Source of the DNA: Octopus bimaculoides
Lineage: Eukaryota
Direction of reading: 5' to 3'
Assembly: GCF_001194135.2 (NCBI RefSeq)
Contig: NC_068981.1
Location: 3,347,074 to 3,383,632, forward strand
DNA length: 36,559 nucleotides
Below the pieces are notes generated by a model that worked only from the letters and a program-made list of their open reading frames with translations, was not told the origin of the DNA and did no database searches. The translations under genes and the position numbers were made by a program. Shown one piece after another: positions 22,386-34,094 of the stretch (position 1 is its first letter; each line of letters begins with the position of its first letter).

Positions 22386-22959
22386 GTGCCTAAAATAAAA
22401 TACCAGTCAAGTACTGAATGCTATGTGACCGATTGATCACCCTCCCCTCAAAATTGCTGGTTCTAAATTAGAAACAACTAGAAAAAGCTATAACTCTTGA
22501 TAATTCCTGGAAATCTGGAGTCATATCTGCATCTGTAGAACTAGGTAACATGGTAACAGAGTAAGTGGAACTATTAACCTACTTATATTTATCAATGTAT
22601 TATCATTCTTTCTCATCAAATTGTTGTCTTCCTTTCAAAGATCAATATCTTTGTTACATTTCTTTTCCTGGTTTTCTTTTTTTCATTTATCATTATTTTA
22701 TATTTGTACAGAAATGTTCTGGAAGCTAACTGGATCTAAGAATATTATCCCTTTGATTGTCTGACATATTGAAATAAAAGAGAGAAAGAGAGAGAGAGAA
22801 TGTGTGTGTTTGTGTGTGTGTGTGTGTAACTGTTAATTCAGCTTGATTTTTTTTGGCTTATTTTTAGTCTTTGTGAACTAATTACAAATAAAAAAGAAAA
22901 AGCAAATCAAATGTTTACAATATAAGTTACATTGGGTGCAGAAGTACTGCAAATGTGTA

Positions 22960-23378
22960 GATCATCATCATCATCATCATTTAACGTCTGTTTTCCATGC
23001 TGGCATGGGTTGGATGGCTGGCCAGAGAGCTGCACCGGGCTCCATTTGTCTGTTCTGGAATGGTTTCTATGGCTGGATGCCTTTCCTAACGCCAACCACT
23101 TTACAGAGTGTAGTGGGGTGTGGGGTGGGGTGGGGTTATGTGGCAATAGCACAGGAGCTTTTTATGTGATGTCAGCACAGGGTGCTTTCTGTGGGGCACC
23201 AGCACAGAAGCTTTTATGTGGCACCAGCATGGGTGCATTTCATGTGGCACCAAATATGTTAACCACCATCATCATTTTATACCCATTTTCCATGCTGGCA
23301 TGGGTTGGGCAGTTTCACAGGATCTGGCAAGCTAATGTCAGCTTTGGCATAATTTCTATGGCTGAATGTCCTTCTAAA
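22960..23378 (-). mobile_element. Two tandem RTE 3' ends
   Basis: (CAT)n tails at ~22962 and ~23266, each followed by TTCCATGCTGGCATGGGTTGG. Confidence 0.8.
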
Positions 23379-23397
23379 TGAATGAAGAATAAATTAA

Positions 23398-24038
23398 CCC
23401 TTTTAATACCAATCCACCTGAAACTACTCATTGGTTCTAGGATACAAACTCCTTCATTTTAAATGACCTAAATTAAAATCTTTCATCAAAATTTCATATC
23501 AATTTAACCGTCAATGGCACCTGTGCCCAGCATCGCCTTCCTGGCACTTGTGCCAGATGGCATGTGTAAAGACATTCGAGCGAGATCGTTGCCAGTGCCG
23601 CCGAACTGGCTCCTGTGCAGGTGGCACATAAAATACACCATTTTGAGTGTGGTCGTTGCCAGTACTGCCTTACTGGCCTTCGTGCCGGTGGCATATAAAA
23701 GCACCTACTACACTCTTGGAGTGGTTGGCGTTAGGAAGGGCATCCAGCTGTAGAAACTCTGCCAAATCAGAGTGGAGCCTGGTGTAGCCATCTGGTTTCA
23801 CCAGTCCTCAGTCAAATCGTCCAACCCATGCTAGCATGGAAAGCGGATGTTAAACGATGATGATGATGATATATCAACCCATGCCAGCATGGAAAGTGGA
23901 CATTAAACGACGACGACGACGATGATGATGATGATGATTCCAAACACTCGTTTAATAATGACAGTTATTTTACTAATTTCTTCATTGTTTTCTGAAATGA
24001 AGGTAGAGTATTTCAAGAGAAATAAGGTAACAAAAGAG
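23398..24038. mobile_element. TTAA MITE family 2 split by RTE insertion(s)
   Basis: TTAA 23394-23397 and 24039-24042; MITE halves 23398-23504 and 23938-24038. Confidence 0.75.
23505..23937 (+). mobile_element. RTE 3'UTR copy plus a second short tail
   Basis: Tail (GAT)n at ~23856-23870, then CAACCCATGCCAGCATGG...(GAC)n(GAT)n to 23937. Confidence 0.85.
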
Positions 24039-24189
24039 TTAAAGTGATTTATATTAAAATTATCCTTCCAAATTTCATGTCAATTTATTTTCCAAACACT
24101 AGCTTAATGATGACAAAGGTATTTTATTAAATTCTTTAAAAAATGAATTGAAACAAAGTCAGGATATTTCAACAGAAAGCATCACTGCC

Positions 24190-24470
24190 ATCACCGTCAT
24201 CATCATCATCATTTAATGCCTGCTTTCCATGGGTTGGATAGTTTGACTGAAAACTGGTAAGCCAGGGGGCTGCACCAGATTCCAATCTGATTTGGCAAGG
24301 TTTCTACAGCTAGATACCCTTTCTAATGCCAACCACTCCGAGAGTATAGTGGGTATTTTTTACGTGCCATTGACCTGACACCAGCATCGACCATGACTAC
24401 GGTCTCACGAGCATGGTGTATCACCAAAAGTCTTGGTCACCTGTCACTGCCTCCATGAGGCCCAACGCTT
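24190..24470 (-). mobile_element. RTE 3' end
   Basis: (CAT)n, 3'UTR and a remnant of the last ORF2 codons, homologous to 2652-2744. Confidence 0.75.
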
Positions 24471-24556
24471 GAATGGTAACAAAAAAGGTTAGTGATCAAA
24501 CTGGAACATAATGAATATGAAATTTTGATGGAAAATTTTAATTTAGATCACTTTAA

Positions 24557-24797
24557 CCCAATTGTGCTGAAATTTTTCTGGTGAATGAAATTGCCTGAAA
24601 ATTCACAGATACTATTATTTTGACCTAAATAACAACTGAAAAAAATTTCATTGAAATCCATTTGATACAAACTGCATACTCGTTAAGAACATATTTCATT
24701 CTTTGATACAGATCATACACAAGTCACAATTTGTATCAAATATTTGTTTTATACCCTCATAAACTGTCAGTTTAAACAGACGATCGGCATGAATGGG
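24557..24797. mobile_element. TTAA MITE, family 3
   Basis: TTAA both sides (24553-24556, 24798-24801); imperfect TIR CCCAATTGTGCTGA / TCGGCATGAATGGG. Confidence 0.7.
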
Positions 24798-24941
24798 TTA
24801 AAACCAAAAGAGTGTATCACAGAACCAGTGTCAGTCTGAGGCAGGTTGGCATCAAAACTGCCCTGATTCCAGCCAGTTTCTAAATTCCGAGTATTTGGCA
24901 GTATTGGCAACAGGGGTCTTTAAAAAATGGTTGAATATATT

Positions 24942-25142
24942 CTTTTCTACTCTAGGCACAAGGCCCGAAATTTTGGGGGAGGGGGCCAGTCGATTAGATC
25001 AGGCCAGGACGCAATTGGTACTTAATTTATCGACCCTGAAAGGATGAAAGGCAAAGTCGACCTAGGTGGAATTTGAACTCAGAATGTAAAAACAGATGAA
25101 ATACCACAAAGCGTGCTAACATTTCTGCCAGCTTCCCGCCTT
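24942..25142 (-). mobile_element. SINE family B, full length with TSD
   Basis: 18-bp TSD AAAAT(G/A)GTTGAATATATT at 24924-24941 and 25143-25160. Confidence 0.9.
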
Positions 25143-25289
25143 AAAATAGTTGAATATATTGGATGACTAAGGACTGATAATGATAAATATCGTAGAAATA
25201 GGCCAGGGTGGTTGGTCATGGTAAGACTCCTGTATTAGTCAGGCAACTAAAAAGATTTGTTACAGACAATTAAAGCAGTCTGTGTTGCA

Positions 25290-25600
25290 GTGGTGGCAGT
25301 GCAGTGTGATTGCATAGGTTATTGCAGACAATGTGTGTGTGATTGCATGTATATGTATGTGCAAGTGTGTGTGTGTGTGTGTGTGTGTTTTGTAGTAGTA
25401 GTGTTTTGGTGTGTTGTAGATATGTCTACAAGGCGTGATTGTGCATAGAGTTGCAGGCAATGAGTGTGTGTGTGTGTGTGTGTATGTGTTGCAGTAGTGC
25501 TGTAAGATGTTTGAATGTTGGTAGGTGTTATCACGCAAGTAGTTGCAGGCAATGAGTGTACACACACACACACACATTATGTGTGTGTTTTGCAGCAACA
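25290..25600. repeat. (TG)n-rich region with three TTGCAG(G/A)CAATG(A)GTGT units
   Basis: Units near 25322, 25451 and 25542. Confidence 0.7.
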
Positions 25601-26369
25601 AACTGTTTCTTGTACATTTAAACACTTTCTCTTTCAGTATTACACTGTCACGAAATAGCTATTGTTGTTTAACCCAAGGTCAGTCCTAGGTGAGCAGACT
25701 TATGATCAAAGACACTCCGACCTTCCATCCATGACTGTCTTGTTATTTTCCTATGAGCAGGGAACCCATTACCACATTATCTAATCTGTCTGCTAAGGTG
25801 TGATGTGAGGGAGGTTTAGTTGCTATTTCTAACAGGTCAAATGACCCTATAGAAGCTCCTTCTGTTGACTTGTCTGTGTAGGCGTTCTACAGGTTATAAG
25901 TATGTAAGTAGTCCATAATCGTAGCAAACACTGACACACAAATTGCATTCTGCAGCAAAGCTAATCTTAACATACAAATGGATTTAAGAAGAAACTACAA
26001 ATCTAAATCAATCAATCAATCAATCAATCAGCTCAGAATATTTCCTATGATATTGATTGATGTGACTTATAGAACTTTATTCATTTGTTTGCCAACCAAA
26101 TCCATATTCAGAATTATAGTAATAAATTCTTCCATTTCGTTTTCACTAACAGAATATGCTTTCTAGATCAAAGACTTATTCTAAAGAATTGTCTTCAATG
26201 ACAAGTTCGGTACAAGTTCATTCTCTGGCTCTTCCTTTAGATCTATAAAAGGGGTAGCCATGTATTTTCTCTATATCAAGCCACCCGGGTCTGCACCTCT
26301 ATCATACCTTAGCATCTCAACACTTGCTATAAAGCCACCTCCCTCTCTACAGCAACCCCATTCGGTCGT

Positions 26370-26655
26370 CAGGTGTTTTTTTCTTTGTCTTGTGAATTAC
26401 CTGGTGACCTCACCAGTCCCAGTGCCATGTAAAGAGCACCCACTGTATACTGAGTGCTAAAGACTGGTATTGGGAAGGGAACCCAGCCATAGAAACCATG
26501 CCAAACCAGATATTGGAACTTGATGCAGTCTTCTGGCTCACTGGATCCTATCAAACCATCCAACCCATGCCAGCATGGAAGACAGATGTTAAATGATGAT
26601 GATGATGATGATGATAATGATGCTGATGATGATGATGATAATGATGCTGATGATA
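26370..26655 (+). mobile_element. RTE 3'UTR copy with long (GAT)n tail
   Basis: Same UTR motifs; tail 26593-26655. Confidence 0.8.
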
Positions 26656-27124
26656 ATTCATTGCTTTATTTCGATTTTGGACAGTTCTTTTCTCTCCATT
26701 TTCCATTCACTTACTCATTCACTTTTATAAGCATGTATTACTTAAACGTTTATTTCTGTCCGTTTGTCCATCTCTCTTTAATCTCTATCTCTCTCTGTCT
26801 TTATCCCTCTCCCTCTATCTTTCTTTTCTTCTGTTGCTCTCTTTCACAAATCCATGAAGGTTATAGGTGAAGGTTAGAAGCAAGAGATAAGATCTAATCC
26901 TTAGTTTTTTACCAACATATAAACTGCATTAATTGTATAAAATAAAATATATTTTAGATCTCGAACTTTATTGTAAACCATTTAGAGGTTTAGTATCACT
27001 ATTGTAACCAATGGTAAAAAATGAAATAAAGCATCGGATTGTTTGGAAATGTTAATTAATTTATGTCTCTCTCCTATCCGATAGCATTTACTCTGACATG
27101 AAAAAAAAAGACAAAACACAAATT

Positions 27125-27360
27125 CTTTCTACTAAAGGCACAAAACATGAAATTGAAATTCTGAGGGAGGAGGGTTCAGTCAGTTACAGTGGAACTCCCC
27201 CACCTCCCCGTGCACAGCTGGTGCTTACTTTATTGATCCAGGGAGGATGAAAGACAAAGTCAACCTCAGCGAGATTTGAACTCAGAAGTAAAGATAGGCG
27301 AAATGCTGCAAAGCATTTTGTCCAGCATCCTAATGATTCTGCCAGCTTGCTGCCTTAATA
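27125..27360 (-). mobile_element. SINE family B
   Basis: AGGATGAAAGACAAAGTCAACCTCAGC...GATTCTGCCAGCTTGCTGCC. Confidence 0.8.
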
Positions 27361-27387
27361 ACAATAATAATAATAATAAATAATATC

Positions 27388-27680
27388 ATCATCATTTAAC
27401 GTCCGTCTTCCATGCTGGCATGGGTTGGATGGTTTGACTGGGGACTGGCAAGCCAGGAAGCCGTACCAGGCTCCAGTCTGATCTGGCAATGTTTCTACAG
27501 TTGGATGTCCTTCCATAATGCCAACCACTCCAAGAATGTAGTAGATGCTTTTTACGTGTCACTGGCACGGGAACCAGCCAGGCAGCACTGGCATCGGCCA
27601 CATTCGGATGGTGCTTTTTACGTGCTACTGGCATGAGGAGCCAGTCAGGCAGCACTGGCATCAACCACATCTACAATTTC
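27388..27680 (-). mobile_element. RTE 3'UTR copy
   Basis: Same UTR with two internal tandem units. Confidence 0.8.
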
Positions 27681-27857
27681 CATTTGATTGTGATTTGATT
27701 TATGATTTTGATTTTACATGACTGAATAGGTCTCCTCAAGCACAACGTTTTGCCCGACAGTCCAAAGGTACTTTTTAAATGGGCTGGTTATGCGACACTG
27801 GTGTAGGCTATGGCTATGATCTCACTTTACTTGCTAGGTCTTCTTAATCACAGCTTT

Positions 27858-29078
27858 CATCATCATCATCATCATCATTTAACGTCCGCTTTCCATGCTA
27901 GCATGGGTTGGACGATTTGACTGAGGACTGGTGAAACCGGATGGCAACACCAGGCTCCAGTCTGATTTGGCAGAGTTTCTACAGCTGGATGCCCTTCCTA
28001 ACGCCAACCACTCAGAGAGTGTAGTGGGTGCTTTTNNNNNNNNNNNNNNNNNNNNNNNNNNNNNNNNNNNNNNNNNNNNNNNNNNNNNNNNNNNNNNNNN
28101 NNNNNNNNNNNNNNNNNNNNNNNNNNNNNNNNNNNNNNNNNNNNNNNNNNNNNNNNNNNNNNNNNNNNNNNNNNNNNNNNNNNNNNNNNNNNNNNNNNNN
28201 NNNNNNNNNNNNNNNNNNNNNNNNNNNNNNNNNNNNNNNNNNNNNNNNNNNNNNNNNNNNNNNNNNNNNNNNNNNNNNNNNNNNNNNNNNNNNNNNNNNN
28301 NNNNNNNNNNNNNNNNNNNNNNNNNNNNNNNNNNNNNNNNNNNNNNNNNNNNNNNNNNNNNNNNNNNNNNNNNNNNNNNNNNNNNNNNNNNNNNNNNNNN
28401 NNNNNNNNNNNNNNNNNNNNNNNNNNNNNNNNNNNNNNNNNNNNNNNNNNNNNNNNNNNNNNNNNNNNNNNNNNNNNNNNNNNNNNNNNNNNNNNNNNNN
28501 NNNNNNNNNNNNNNNNNNNNNNNNNNNNNNNNNNNNNNNNNNNNNNNNNNNNNNNNNNNNNNNNNNNNNNNNNNNNNNNNNNNNNNNNNNNNNNNNNNNN
28601 NNNNNNNNNNNNNNNNNNNNNNNNNNNNNNNNNNNNNNNNNNNNNNNNNNNNNNNNNNNNNNNNNNNNNNNNNNNNNNNNNNNNNNNNNNNNNNNNNNNN
28701 NNNNNNNNNNNNNNNNNNNNNNNNNNNNNNNNNNNNNNNNNNNNNNNNNNNNNNNNNNNNNNNNNNNNNNNNNNNNNNNNNNNNNNNNNNNNNNNNNNNN
28801 NNNNNNNACGCATGCGTCATACAGTCTGCCTTTTACTCTGAGTGAGAGTCCCTTTGTCGCCAGCAGGGGTAAGAGCTCTCTAAACTTTGCCCAGGCTATT
28901 CTTATTCTAGCAGCTACACTTTCAGCGCACCCACCCCCACTACTAACTTGGTCGCCCAGATAGCGGAAGCTATCGACTACCTCTAGTTTTTCACCCTGGA
29001 ATGAGATAGAAGTTGTTTCCTGTTTGTTTGCAGTCTTTATTGCACCTGAACATCTGCCACAAACAAAAACTAACTTGC
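27858..29078 (-). mobile_element. Young 5'-truncated RTE LINE spanning an assembly gap
   Basis: 28808-29078 minus translates KLVFVCGRCSGAIKTANKQETTSISFQGEKLEVVDSFRYLGDQVSSGGGCAESVAARIRIAWAKFRELLPLLATKGLSLRVKGRLYDACV with no stops. 27858-28035 is the 3'UTR and (ATG)n tail in the same orientation. Confidence 0.85.
28036..28807. other. Assembly gap
   Basis: Run of N. Confidence 1.
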
Positions 29079-29269
29079 TAAACCCAGTAATTGAAGTGGT
29101 TCTTATTTTGTCAACCCTCAGAACAAGAAGGAGGAAATAATTTGGAAGCAGAAGGAAGAGAGAAAAATATCGCTTTCTGAATGTAATTAATAATTTTACA
29201 CTTACTGTAATAAATTAGACTTGTGAAGTCTCAAATTGAAATTAACAATTTCTAATAATTAGAATCGAT

Positions 29270-29625
29270 CTGTGATCGTTACCAGCGTCACCTTACTGGC
29301 ACTTGTGCTGGTGGTACATGGAAAACAACATTCGAGCAAGGGCATTGCTAGTGCCGCTGGATTGGCTCCTGTGCAAGTGACACGTAAAAACACCATTTGA
29401 GTGTGGTCGTTGCCAGTACCGCCTGACTGGCCCTCATGCCGGTTGCACGTAAAAGCACCCACTACACTCTCGGAGTGGTTGGCGTTAGGAAGGGCATCCA
29501 GCTGTAGAAACTCTGCCAGATCAGATTGGAGCCTCGTGTAGCCATCTGGTTCGCTAGTCCCCAGTCAAACTGTCCAACCCATGCTAGAATGGAAAGCAGA
29601 CGTTAAACGATGATGATGATGATGA
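29270..29625 (+). mobile_element. RTE 3'UTR copy
   Basis: Tandem units, CGGAGTGGTTGGCGTTAGGAAGGGCATCCAGCTGTAG, (GAT)n. Confidence 0.9.
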
Positions 29626-29822
29626 TATATATATATATATACATACAGACATATATATGTCTCTCTCTCTCTCTCTCTCTTTATATATATATATATATAG
29701 ACATATATATACACACATATATAGACATACACACACACGTACACAGAACCCATGTTAGCATGGAAAATGGACACTAAATGACATGTATGCACACCCACAC
29801 AGAATGAGTGGGCGAGTGCACA

Positions 29823-29873
<51 letters not shown>

Positions 29874-30450
29874 TACTGTAACTAAGTAACCAATCAAAAA
29901 GCCACTAAGCCACAAGATTATTCTGTGTCTTTCTCTTAAGCCAAATATCCGGACAATGGACAATTCTTATTTCAGCTAGAACAGCATGTGAGCTTGTGTA
30001 TTGAATGACAGCAGTGGGTGTGTACACACACACACACAATGTAAACACATACATTTTTAATAAATTCAAAGCAATTACATAGCATTATGTTGTATTGAAA
30101 CCAGTGGATCTAGATGACCTGATGCCATGCCTCCTCACCCTTCACCATTCCTTCCCCAAAGTGCTTGTAATAGTAAAAACCCATCTGCACTGTTCTGAAA
30201 GCAGTTTTGACATTATTTTTCACAGACCTTTAAGTTAAGTTGCTGTCAAATTACTATCAAGGAAAACTGCATTATTATGGCAAAACAAAGAAAATAAAAC
30301 AGTTGATAACCTTTCTCTCTGTATTTTCAATGGCACTATCTATTTCAGAAAATAACTGATGTTTTTTGAGTCATTAAAATAAAACAAAACAACAAATTAT
30401 AGAATGGTTAAGTGAAGTGTTTTGCAAGCCCTCAGCTTTCATCTTCCTAA

Positions 30451-30469
30451 GAGAGAGAGAGAGAGAGAA

Positions 30470-30521
<52 letters not shown>
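30451..30521. repeat. (GA)n microsatellite
   Basis: Direct inspection. Confidence 0.95.
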
Positions 30522-30525
<4 letters not shown>

Positions 30526-30721
30526 AATTTCAAAATCATTAGAATATATAATATTGAAATTCCATCATTCAACTCTCATATTCACCCTCCACTGCACTTT
30601 TAGCTTAATTGTATTTCTGTTACCTTATTATTATTATTATTATTATTATGATGACTATTATATTTTCCATTTATTTCCCCCACAGCTCATAAAAATGATT
30701 ACCTTTTCAATCTGATTGCTA

Positions 30722-30731
30722 NNNNNNNNNN
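30722..30731. other. Assembly gap
   Basis: Run of N. Confidence 1.
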
Positions 30732-31334
30732 ATATATATATATGCATGTACATACACATGTGCACACATATACACACCTCTTTAAATACATGCACATATG
30801 GTTGTTTGGCCTTGACCTGGCTCGCTGTTTAGGAGGAAGTTAAAAAACAGTCCACAATTCTGCTTCTATTTACAGCAGTGGCCATTTTGAAAATCACAGG
30901 AGAAATAAAAAAAAGGAAAAAACGAAATAAAAGTTAACAAAAAGAAGCCTACAAAACTACACCCCCCAACACAAAAATAAAAAAGAAAAACACCCTTCAG
31001 TCTCAATTTTGATATCTCTTTAAAATATTTTCTTTCTCTTCTTTCTTGGCATTAGTGAGGAATAATTGGGATAAATGAGCCAATATTTTGTTCATTCATG
31101 CTTTTAAAAAAGAGCAGGAACGAAGTAAATGACTAGTAATACCCCCACCCCACTCCCCCCTACCTTTTTTTTTTAGTCAAAACAAAACCACAGTGAAACA
31201 TCTCTTGTTTGGATCCTGGTGAAATGACTAAGAGAAGAAAATCTTGGTTTTGTTTTTCTTTTTCTGTTCAGTGTAGTTTTGTAATGATGTAAATATTTTG
31301 TATGTTTAAAAGATGCAGATGTGGACATAAGCAC

Positions 31335-31600
31335 AGGCATGACTGCGTGGTTAAGAAGTTTGCTTCCTAGCCACGTGGTCTTGGGTTCAGTCCCATTGCA
31401 TGGCACTTTAGGAAAATGTCTCCTACTATAGCCCCTGGCTGACCGAAGCCTTGTGAATGGATTTGGTAAGATGGAAACTGGAAACTGAAAGAAGCCTGTT
31501 GCGTGCGTGTGTGTATGTGTCTTTTATCTTTTACTTGTTTGTCATTAAACTGCAGCCATGCTGGGTCACCACCTTGAAGAATTTTTAATCGAATGAATCT
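31335..31600 (+). mobile_element. SINE family A (deleted form)
   Basis: GCATGACTGCGTGGTTAAGAAG...GGTTCAGTCCC...GAAACTGAAAGAAGCC. Confidence 0.8.
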
Positions 31601-31945
31601 ACCCCAGAACACTTTTTTTGAAGTCTGGTACCTGTTCTATTCTGGTTCCTTTTTGTTGAACCAAGTCACAAAGAAGTAAACACACCAACATCAGTTGTCA
31701 CGTCGTGGTGGCAGACAAACTCATACATAAATACACACACACACATTATATATATATATATATATATATTAGTTATTAATATTTCTAAGTCTCTCTAAAG
31801 GAGACTATGGCAGCGGTACTGGAAATTAATAGTTATCGCCAAGCCAACATGGCAGTCCCAAAATTAGGACGAAAGCTGCCGTGAATTAGCTCCAAGAAGC
31901 CATCGCCTCTAGCTAGCTATGTGACACACGAAACCTGTGTCCTTT

Positions 31946-32087
31946 ATAACCTTCGAACAGGGGAGGTCAGCAGTGTCCCCCTGCTGGTTTGGCATCTGCA
32001 GACTAGTTTCAGGGTGTTGCCCCTTGTCAATGCAGAGCAGCCAAGCCCCAGCCAGGCGGCGCTGCTGACTATCTGTTCGAAGGTTAT
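31946..32087. repeat. Long inverted repeat (MITE-like hairpin)
   Basis: Perfect 15-bp IR ATAACCTTCGAACAG / CTGTTCGAAGGTTAT with imperfect pairing extending to about 48 nt. Confidence 0.8.
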
Positions 32088-32120
32088 TTATCTAATTTCA
32101 GTGGAATCTATCCACTGGTT

Positions 32121-32811
32121 NNNNNNNNNNNNNNNNNNNNNNNNNNNNNNNNNNNNNNNNNNNNNNNNNNNNNNNNNNNNNNNNNNNNNNNNNNNNNNNN
32201 NNNNNNNNNNNNNNNNNNNNNNNNNNNNNNNNNNNNNNNNNNNNNNNNNNNNNNNNNNNNNNNNNNNNNNNNNNNNNNNNNNNNNNNNNNNNNNNNNNNN
32301 NNNNNNNNNNNNNNNNNNNNNNNNNNNNNNNNNNNNNNNNNNNNNNNNNNNNNNNNNNNNNNNNNNNNNNNNNNNNNNNNNNNNNNNNNNNNNNNNNNNN
32401 NNNNNNNNNNNNNNNNNNNNNNNNNNNNNNNNNNNNNNNNNNNNNNNNNNNNNNNNNNNNNNNNNNNNNNNNNNNNNNNNNNNNNNNNNNNNNNNNNNNN
32501 NNNNNNNNNNNNNNNNNNNNNNNNNNNNNNNNNNNNNNNNNNNNNNNNNNNNNNNNNNNNNNNNNNNNNNNNNNNNNNNNNNNNNNNNNNNNNNNNNNNN
32601 NNNNNNNNNNNNNNNNNNNNNNNNNNNNNNNNNNNNNNNNNNNNNNNNNNNNNNNNNNNNNNNNNNNNNNNNNNNNNNNNNNNNNNNNNNNNNNNNNNNN
32701 NNNNNNNNNNNNNNNNNNNNNNNNNNNNNNNNNNNNNNNNNNNNNNNNNNNNNNNNNNNNNNNNNNNNNNNNNNNNNNNNNNNNNNNNNNNNNNNNNNNN
32801 NNNNNNNNNNN
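32121..32811. other. Assembly gap
   Basis: Run of N. Confidence 1.
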
Positions 32812-32844
32812 TATATATATATATATATATATATACACAATGAG

Positions 32845-33002
32845 CTTCTTTCTGGAGCACTGCCTTTAGTTGAGCAAATCAACCCCAGGACTTATTCTTT
32901 GTAAGCTTAGTACTTATTCTATCGGTCTCTTTTGCCGAACCGCTAAGTTTGGGATGTAAAGACACCAGCATCGGTTGTCAAGCGATGTTGGGGGGCAAAC
33001 AG

Positions 33003-33049
<47 letters not shown>

Positions 33050-33208
33050 TACATATACGACGGGCTTCTTTTAGTTTGCATCTACCAAATCCACTCATAA
33101 GGTGGCCCGAGGCTATAGTAGAAAACGTTTGTCCTAGTTGCCACGCAGTGGGACTGAACCCAGAACCATGTGGTTGGTAATCGAGCTACTTACCACACAG
33201 TCACTCCT
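32845..33208 (-). mobile_element. SINE family A, near full length, young
   Basis: Retains CpGs; internal (TA)n/(CA)n 33002-33057; head CAGGAGTGACTGTGTGGTAAG. Confidence 0.9.
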
Positions 33209-33335
33209 GGAATTGACAATGATTATGATGATGATGTTGATGCCGTGATGTTATAAATGTGATATTGATTGATTTTATGTGATACTGATATTGTCTAGTA
33301 TGTGAGAATTAAGGCCAAGCTGAAACAAAACTTAC

Positions 33336-33397
33336 CTCCTAGTTTCGAAGACAATAATCCATGCGTGAAGAAAGATTACAGTAAATCCACAAGTCAT
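33336..33397 (-). CDS. Candidate first coding exon (80-nt exon 33415-33336) with signal-peptide-like start
   Basis: Acceptor TTTTCTGCATTTTTCTCTCTCTGTAG, donor GAG|GTAAGT; ATG 33397 after an in-frame stop gives MTCGFTVIFLHAWIIVFETR, phase 2. Confidence 0.4.
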
Positions 33398-33960
33398 AGG
33401 TAAATATTACCAATTCTACAGAGAGAGAAAAATGCAGAAAACATTTGTCAATAAAGTATTTCAATAACAAAATCAATATGGATAAATCAAAATTCTTATA
33501 CGTTAGATTATCAACAATAATCCTTTCTGGATGTATAAACACATTGATATATTTTCCAGCACAAAACCAGACTCAATAAATAGGTACATAAAGTGTGTGT
33601 TAATGGATATCAATAACAAACCACTGACAATAACGTTTTTAATGGGATTTTTGAAAGGAGAAAAGGTCAGTGTCCATGACCTTTGTAGTATTTCCAAGAC
33701 TGGTGAAGTGTGTGTATGTGTGGTGGGGGGAGAAACCCTTCCCTGTTCATTGATTGCCGCTGTAGGAAACAACATGGCTATTTAGCAAGGATATTTGTTT
33801 GTCTGTCATGAAACAATATCAGCATTTCTAAATGAATGTTTTCCAAAAATCATCCCAGAATAATGAATGATGGAAAGAATCCAGGGCCTGAGGCCAACTT
33901 GAGGCAAAACAGGGAAGATTCAAGAAAGAGATGGTGAAAGAGTTGTAATGGAGTGGGAAG

Positions 33961-34011
<51 letters not shown>

Positions 34012-34094
34012 ATACACACACATACACATTCTCATTTATCTCTTTTATGCAAATTGGGAAATATATACTGGAACACTATAGTTATTAAAATTTC

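Noticed and set aside
31848-31883. Canonical hammerhead
   Set aside because: Stem II and GAAA are present but CUGAnGA is missing in both copies; kept only as an unexplained hairpin.
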